DNA of 64,000 nucleotides from Alphaproteobacteria bacterium (GTDB lineage Bacteria; Pseudomonadota; Alphaproteobacteria; CALKHQ01): NCBI GenBank assembly GCA_965227515.1, contig CBDDFZ010000001.1, positions 2,944,001 to 3,008,000 of the forward strand, read 5' to 3'. Shown piece by piece: positions 58,447 to 64,000 of this stretch (position 1 is its first letter; each line of letters starts with the position of its first letter). The notes under the pieces were generated by a model. It saw only the letters and a program-made list of their open reading frames with translations, ran no database searches and was not told where the DNA came from. The position numbers and the translations under genes were made by a program.

Positions 58447-58617
58447 ATGCGATTTTCCGAGGGCGGTCTCTACGTCGAGGCCTACATCAAGTGCGCCAAT
58501 TGCGGCGTGCTGATCTATGAGGCCGACGAGGGCCAGTTGACCGTGGACGGCACGCCGTTCTGCTCGCAGTGGTGCCACGACTGGCACAAGGCGCGGGACG
58601 CCGGCACCGCCGAATAG
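58447..58617 (+). CDS. 56-aa CxxC...CxxxC zinc-finger (TRASH-like) protein (not in ORF track)
   Basis: MRFSEGGLYVEAYIKCANCGVLIYEADEGQLTVDGTPFCSQWCHDWHKARDAGTAE; GAGGG RBS. Confidence 0.75.
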   Translation: MRFSEGGLYVEAYIKCANCGVLIYEADEGQLTVDGTPFCSQWCHDWHKARDAGTAE

Positions 58618-58717
58618 CGCCGCAATTATACTTAATTCAGCCGCAGTGGCGTCGCACCGGCGCCGGCTTGTGCGCGTAGTGTCCTAGGCTCACGATTTTT
58701 CCGAGCGGGGACAATCC

Positions 58718-59140
58718 ATGTCTATCAAGGCGTTGGTCGCAGTCGCGGCCGCAATGATCATGGCCGTGCTGGCCACCCACCAGGCTTCTGCCGACCAGGT
58801 GACCGTGGCCGATGCCGGTTGCATCGCCTATGGGGCCGAGAACGCCGTCATCCAGCAAATCGGCAATGGCGACACGGTCGTCTTCTGCCATTTCGAGGAT
58901 AACCGCATGTGCACGCTGACCGCGCTGGCGACCGGCGATTGCGTGGCTCCTGGCCGTAAGGTCACCGGCTACTTCACCGAGGCGGCGATGTACTGTGCCC
59001 GCTCCGGCGGCGAGGTCGAGATGCTCGACGACGACGATGCAATGGATGCCTCGATGGTCGAGCTGGAAGGCACCTGCCAGTTGCCCAATGGCACCTCGTG
59101 CATGATCGCGCAGATGTACTACGGCCACTGCGGCGGTTGA
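58718..59140 (+). CDS. Secreted Cys-rich DUF333-like protein
   Basis: Signal peptide; AAMYCARSGG, GTCQLPNGTSC. Confidence 0.75.
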   Translation: MSIKALVAVAAAMIMAVLATHQASADQVTVADAGCIAYGAENAVIQQIGNGDTVVFCHFEDNRMCTLTALATGDCVAPGRKVTGYFTEAAMYCARSGGEVEMLDDDDAMDASMVELEGTCQLPNGTSCMIAQMYYGHCGG

Positions 59141-59144
59141 TTTC

Positions 59145-60197
59145 TCAGGCGCTGGGCGGACCCATCGCGCGCACGGTCAGGCACAGGATCTCGAACAGCA
59201 TCTGCGCGCCGACATGGGCGGTATTGGCAGTGGCGTCGTATTGCGGCGCCACCTCCACCACGTCGCCGCCGATGATGTCGAGCCCGTCTAGCCCCTGCAG
59301 CAGGAGCTGGGCCTCGCGTGCGCTCAGCCCGCCGACTTCCGGCGTGCCCGTGCCGGGGGCATAGGCGGGGTCCAGGCCGTCGACATCGAACGACACGTAG
59401 ACCGGGCCGTCGCCGACAATCGCGCGCGCCTTGGCGATGACGGCGTCGACGCCCATGCGGTGAAAGTCTTCGGCATGGATCACCGTCATGCCGGTCTCGT
59501 ACGAGAATTCCCACACGAATTCGCTGGCGCCACGGATGCCGATCTGGATGGTGCGGTCGGGATCGAGCGCGCCGTCCAACACGGCGTGGCGGAACGGCCC
59601 ACCATGGTGGAACTTTGCGCCGTCGATGGAGCCGCAGGTATCGCAATGGGCATCGATGTGCACCATGCCCACCGGGCGGTCGCGCCCCAGCGCCTTCAGG
59701 ATCGGATAGCTGATGGAGTGGTCGCCGCCGGCCGATACCGGACGGATGCCGGCCGCCGCCAGCCCCGAGACGTAGGTCTCAATGTCCTCGATCGACTGCT
59801 CCAGGCTGTAGCGGCTGCGGAACGGCACGTCGCCCAGGTCGGCCACCCGGCGCTCGCCGAACGGCAGGCATTTCAGTACGTGATGGTACGGGCCCACCCG
59901 CTCGATCGCCCGCAAGGCCCGCGGGCCGAACCGCGCGCCGGGCCGGTTGGTCACCCCCAGGTCCATCGGCACCCCGATCAGGCCGACGTCAATGTCATTC
60001 GGGAACTGCGGATCGTCGCCCAGGTCGCGCAGCGGGGCGTCGAGCAGGGTCGGGATCCCGGCATAGGGCTTGATCCGCCTGTCGTCGTCGTTGAACCTCG
60101 ACAGGGCAACGCGCCGGAACTCGGGGTTGCGGATATCGCTGACACCCCCTTCCGAGAATCGCGCCCGCCATTCGTCCAATCGCGCCTGATCAACCAT
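59145..60197 (-). CDS. speB: Agmatinase / ureohydrolase family protein
   Basis: RPGARFGP, GGDHS, DAHCD, SFDVDGLDP..APGTGTP; start uncertain. Confidence 0.88.
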   Translation of the reverse strand: MVDQARLDEWRARFSEGGVSDIRNPEFRRVALSRFNDDDRRIKPYAGIPTLLDAPLRDLGDDPQFPNDIDVGLIGVPMDLGVTNRPGARFGPRALRAIERVGPYHHVLKCLPFGERRVADLGDVPFRSRYSLEQSIEDIETYVSGLAAAGIRPVSAGGDHSISYPILKALGRDRPVGMVHIDAHCDTCGSIDGAKFHHGGPFRHAVLDGALDPDRTIQIGIRGASEFVWEFSYETGMTVIHAEDFHRMGVDAVIAKARAIVGDGPVYVSFDVDGLDPAYAPGTGTPEVGGLSAREAQLLLQGLDGLDIIGGDVVEVAPQYDATANTAHVGAQMLFEILCLTVRAMGPPSA

Positions 60198-60723
60198 TGC
60201 GTCCCGCCTCGTCGCTTGCCTGAGCGTAACGACCATATCCGGTTCCGCAGGTGTCCGGGAGGGGAGACGACGTCGGCTGGCGTGGCGACACAACCGTTGC
60301 GATCCAGATTAGCAGGCTGCTGAGGAACTCCGAAGAGGCTGCGAAGCATGAATATTTCGTCGAGGACAAGGAGCGGACGGCGACGTGGTGGTGGACTACC
60401 ACGAGCCGTTTGCGACGCGGTCAGTCGCGAAATATTCAGCTTCCCGAACGGGTTACGGTCTGATTGCGGTTCTGGTTCGTTGTGCCGGCTCACCGATGCA
60501 TCCAGCATCGCTTTCGCCGCCACGCCTGCCATTCCCGCAAACAGGCCCGTAACGCTGTCCTTCCGGAGTTTCTCAACAGCCTGCTAGCTTCAACAATCGC
60601 GTGATTGTCGAAACCGATCTGAAAGAGTTTTGTGAGAACGTTTGCATATTCGGTTTGTTGTTCGCGTCGACAACTTCAAGACCGATGGCGGTAGATGCCA
60701 TCGTATCCCGCTAACACGAAGGC

Positions 60724-61305
60724 GTGGACGACGCGGTAACGGAGTGGCCAGGATATATCCCGATGCCTGTTCGGCGACGCATGTTGGAGAAGATCGAAGT
60801 GCCGGTGACGGCCGCCCCGACCGGCGCCGAAGGCCGTGCATTCGAGTGGTTGGAATTCCACCGCGACTTGCGCAGCGCCGCCGCGGCGGCCGCCGACATC
60901 AACGCGGTGGTCTCGGTGATCCTGATCCGCGTCGGCAATTTCCGCACCCTTGTCGATCAGCATGGCGATGAGGTCGCGGAGAAGCTGATGGACGGTGTTC
61001 GCGACGCCGCGGCCCACATGCTCGCGCCGTACGGGAAGATCTACCGCAGCGGCAAGGCCGAATTCGGCGCCATCTTGCCGGGGCGCAACCTGATGCAAGC
61101 CTACGGATTGTGCGACGCGCTCTCTGAAATGCTGGGAGAGAACCGCTTCGAGGACCCGGCGCTGGGAGACGCCTCCGGCGCCATCAAGGTCGCGACCTGT
61201 GCCGGGACGTGCGATCCCGACCAGTCGATGCTGCATTTCCTGAACGATCTGTCGGACGGGTTGCGCATGCAGGTCGACGGCGACCGTTTGCCGACGCTGT
61301 TCTAG
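60724..61305 (+). CDS. Degenerate stand-alone GGDEF-domain protein
   Basis: NFR.L.D.HG....E.L and YRSGKAEF in place of R.GGDEF; start uncertain. Confidence 0.65.
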   Translation: MDDAVTEWPGYIPMPVRRRMLEKIEVPVTAAPTGAEGRAFEWLEFHRDLRSAAAAAADINAVVSVILIRVGNFRTLVDQHGDEVAEKLMDGVRDAAAHMLAPYGKIYRSGKAEFGAILPGRNLMQAYGLCDALSEMLGENRFEDPALGDASGAIKVATCAGTCDPDQSMLHFLNDLSDGLRMQVDGDRLPTLF

Positions 61306-61516
61306 CGCATGATCATTTAAGTCGGCACCGGCCCTCTCCCCCACCCGGCCGCCCAACGACAGTATCCTGCTGGGTGGCCGGGTGGGGGAGAGGGCTGGCG
61401 CAGATTCAGCGCAAGCTGATCCCGATCTAGGGTATTTCAGCATTTAGGTTTTGGTCGCCTGGGCAGGGCAGCTTTGCCGGGCCACGCGTAGTCGGTCGGG
61501 GTCGGGCGGGCCTGTT

Positions 61517-63694
61517 CTAACCAGCCTTCTTCAACGACATGACGTTGGGTGCCAATTCACCGGACGCGTCGCTGTCCTGGGCGGCCGGTTGCCAGTTCTT
61601 GGTCAGGAATTCCTTCGTCACCTGGTGGGACGGAACCGGCTTGCTGAACAGATAGCCCTGGACCGCATCGCAGTTGAGCTGTTCGAGGAACTGGAGCTGG
61701 TCGGTGGTCTCCACACCCTCCGCGACGACCTTCAGGCGCATGTTGTGGGCCATCCCGATAATGGCGCGCACGATGGCGGCATCGTCGGCGTTGGAGGCGA
61801 TGTTGCTGACGAAGGAGCGGTCGATCTTGATGGTGCCGCCGGGGAAGCTGCGCAGGTGCTTCAGCGACGAATAGCCGGTGCCGAAGTCGTCCAGCGCGAT
61901 CTGCATGCCGATCTTGGCGAAGTTGTGCAGCACCGCGCTGGCCCGTCCCGGGTCCTTCAGGATCGAGTTTTCGGTCAGTTCCACTTCCAGGCGGTTGGCA
62001 TCGATGCCCGACCTCTCGATGATCGAGACCACCTGGTTGGTCAGGTCGTGCTCCTGGAACTGGCGGGCGGAGAAGTTGACCGCGAACTTCAGGTCGGTGA
62101 GGGCATCGTCGACCAGGTTCAAACCCTTCTGACACACCTGGTCGAACACCCATTCGCCGATCGGCACGATCAGCCCGGACTCCTCGGCCAGGTGGATGAA
62201 GTTGGTCGGCGACACCACGCCGCGCTGCGGGTGGATCCAGCGCAACAGCGCCTCAAGCCCGCAGATGCGGCCGGTCGCCAGGTCCATCTGCGGCTGGTAC
62301 CAGACCTCGAACTCCTCGCGGTCCAGGGCCCGGCGCAGGCCGTCCTCCAGCTCGCGGTGGCGGGTCGCGGCGACATGCATCGCCATGGTGTAGAACTGGT
62401 AGTTGCCTGGGCCCTTGTCCTTGGCGCGGTACATCGCGGTGTCCGCGCTCTTCAACAGGTCTTCCAGATTGTCGGCGTCGGATGGGTAGATCGACAGCCC
62501 GATGCTGGCATTGACCGTCAGCTCCAGGCCCGAGACGCGCACCGGCTCTTTCAACGCCAGCAGGATGCGGTCGCAGAAATGCGACAGGATGTTGGGGTCG
62601 GAAATGCCTTCCACGACCACCGTGAACTCGTCGCCGCCCAGCCGGGCCACGAGGTCGCTGGCCCGCACGCAGTTGCGCAGGCGCTCGGCCACCGTCACCA
62701 GCAACTGGTCGCCGACATCGTGGCCATGGGTATCGTTGATGATCTTGAACCGGTCGAGGTCCAGGAACAGGATGGCGACCGGCTGATGATTGCGGTCGGC
62801 GCGGGTGATGGTGCGCTGCAAGTAGTCCAGGAACAGGCTGCGGTTGGCAAGCCCGGTCAACTGGTCGAATTGCGCCAGCTCGGTCAGGCGTTGTTCGCCG
62901 CGGTGCCGCTCGATGGCATAGCGGATGGCGCGGTCCAGCAGCGGCGCGGAGATCTCGCTCTTGACCAGGAAGTCGGCGGCGCCGGCGCGCATCGCCTCGA
63001 TATCGATCTCGCGGTTGCCCTGGCCGGTCAGCAGGATGATCGGGGCCGTGCAGCCGCGTGACGTGGCCTCCTCGACGAGGTCGAGCCCGTTCCAGGCGCC
63101 AAGCCGGTAGTCCAACAGGTAGATATCGTGCTCCTGGGCGTTGAACGCGGCCATCGCGTCTTCCCAGGTGCGCACCCAATCCAGCTCGAAATCGGCGCCG
63201 TGGACCTCGGCCAGCATGTCCTGTGTCAGGATGTAGTCGTCCTCGTCGTCCTCGATCAGCAGGACGCGGGGCAATGATCCGGCATTGTCGGAACTGCGGC
63301 GCGACTGGTTGCTGGCGTGCTTGATCGCATAGCGGATCGAGCGCTCCACCAGCGCCGCGTTGAGGCATCGCTTGTCCAGGTAGTCGGCGGCACCGGCTTG
63401 CATCGCCGCCAGGTCGACGTCGCGGTTGCCGTGGCCGGTCAGCAGAATGATCGGGGTGGTGACGCCGCTCTGCGTGGCCTCCATGACCAGTTCGACACCA
63501 CTGCGCTCACCCAGGCAGTAGTCGAGCAAACAGACGTCAAACGACTGTTCGCACAGCAGGGCGCGTGCCTGGCCCCAGTCCTTTTCCCAAGTGATCGTGA
63601 CGTTTTCGTCGAACGCCGACGCCAGCAACTCGCCGGCGAGGACGTAGTCGTCCTCATCGTCCTCGACCAGCAGCACGTTTAGTGGTTGGCCCAT
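61517..63694 (-). CDS. REC-REC-GGDEF-EAL c-di-GMP signalling protein
   Basis: Two LL.EDDEDD receivers, RLGGDEF, EALLRW, DDFGTGYSSL. Confidence 0.95.
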   Translation of the reverse strand: MGQPLNVLLVEDDEDDYVLAGELLASAFDENVTITWEKDWGQARALLCEQSFDVCLLDYCLGERSGVELVMEATQSGVTTPIILLTGHGNRDVDLAAMQAGAADYLDKRCLNAALVERSIRYAIKHASNQSRRSSDNAGSLPRVLLIEDDEDDYILTQDMLAEVHGADFELDWVRTWEDAMAAFNAQEHDIYLLDYRLGAWNGLDLVEEATSRGCTAPIILLTGQGNREIDIEAMRAGAADFLVKSEISAPLLDRAIRYAIERHRGEQRLTELAQFDQLTGLANRSLFLDYLQRTITRADRNHQPVAILFLDLDRFKIINDTHGHDVGDQLLVTVAERLRNCVRASDLVARLGGDEFTVVVEGISDPNILSHFCDRILLALKEPVRVSGLELTVNASIGLSIYPSDADNLEDLLKSADTAMYRAKDKGPGNYQFYTMAMHVAATRHRELEDGLRRALDREEFEVWYQPQMDLATGRICGLEALLRWIHPQRGVVSPTNFIHLAEESGLIVPIGEWVFDQVCQKGLNLVDDALTDLKFAVNFSARQFQEHDLTNQVVSIIERSGIDANRLEVELTENSILKDPGRASAVLHNFAKIGMQIALDDFGTGYSSLKHLRSFPGGTIKIDRSFVSNIASNADDAAIVRAIIGMAHNMRLKVVAEGVETTDQLQFLEQLNCDAVQGYLFSKPVPSHQVTKEFLTKNWQPAAQDSDASGELAPNVMSLKKAG

Positions 63695-63739
63695 CTTGAT
63701 CGTCGGCTCGTTGTTGACGCGATGGCGCGTGGGGAAGTG

Positions 63740-64000
63740 CTATTCAGCGGCAGAGGCATGCCGCTGTGCGCCGACCGAAGGATTGATGGCGCATTCGGGC
63801 GGCAGGGCGACGATCTCGATCCAGTAGTTGCAGAGGATGCTGACGATATCGACCAGGCCCTCGAACGTGACCGGCTTGGTGATGAATGAGTTCACGCCCA
63901 TGCCATACGTCCGCACGATGTCTTCCTCGGCCTGCGAGGTGGTCAGCACCACGACGGGAATGCGCTGCAATTCCGGATCGCTTTTCATGCGCTGCAGGGC
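63740..64000 (-). CDS. Single-domain response regulator (Rcp1-like), 5' end outside the window
   Basis: IPVVVLTTSQAEEDI..TY.MGVNSFITKP. Confidence 0.88.
   Translation of the reverse strand, partial: ALQRMKSDPELQRIPVVVLTTSQAEEDIVRTYGMGVNSFITKPVTFEGLVDIVSILCNYWIEIVALPPECAINPSVGAQRHASAAE

Noticed and set aside
60198-60330. Guanidine riboswitch upstream of the agmatinase gene
   Set aside because: GGTTCCG and CCGGGAGG occur on the wrong strand and too close together; no twin ACGR hairpins on the coding strand.

Overview
High-GC alphaproteobacterial chromosome segment, probably Rhodospirillales-like (inferred from gene content and LexA/CtrA-type sites). 1-7.7 kb: LacI-regulated sugar ABC uptake and catabolism operon. 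7.7-22.4 kb: a compact, co-oriented podophage-derived cluster (major capsid, cement-like protein, tail adaptor, nozzle, gp13/gp14-like proteins, displaced scaffold-like protein, tail fibres, amidase endolysin, holin-like and lipoprotein genes). I can find no portal, terminase, integrase, repressor, replication or large ejection-protein gene in it. It carries five matches to the alphaproteobacterial LexA box GAAC-N7-GAAC (one perfect), a strongly base-paired capsid leader, and an AT-richer cassette laid out like a polymorphic toxin locus: lipoprotein, truncated toxin head, paralogous lipoprotein, full toxin-like gene. The best candidate for a new system is an SOS-inducible, domesticated podophage-like particle with a toxin/immunity cargo; this is inference, and a decaying or split prophage is not excluded. 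The rest is mostly ordinary: tRNA-Pro(GGG) with an IS481, chemoreceptors, ECF sigma/anti-sigma, ppk2, Sel1 and PPC-domain secreted proteins, methyltransferases, O-antigen ligase, a TetR regulon, an IS630, cspA, tRNA-Pro(TGG), tRNA-Arg(TCT), an orphan nuclease-like gene, enolase/aldolase genes, SulP, hydantoinase A/B with an unlisted Zn-finger ORF, agmatinase and c-di-GMP signalling genes. All family calls come from motif recognition by eye, not database searches.
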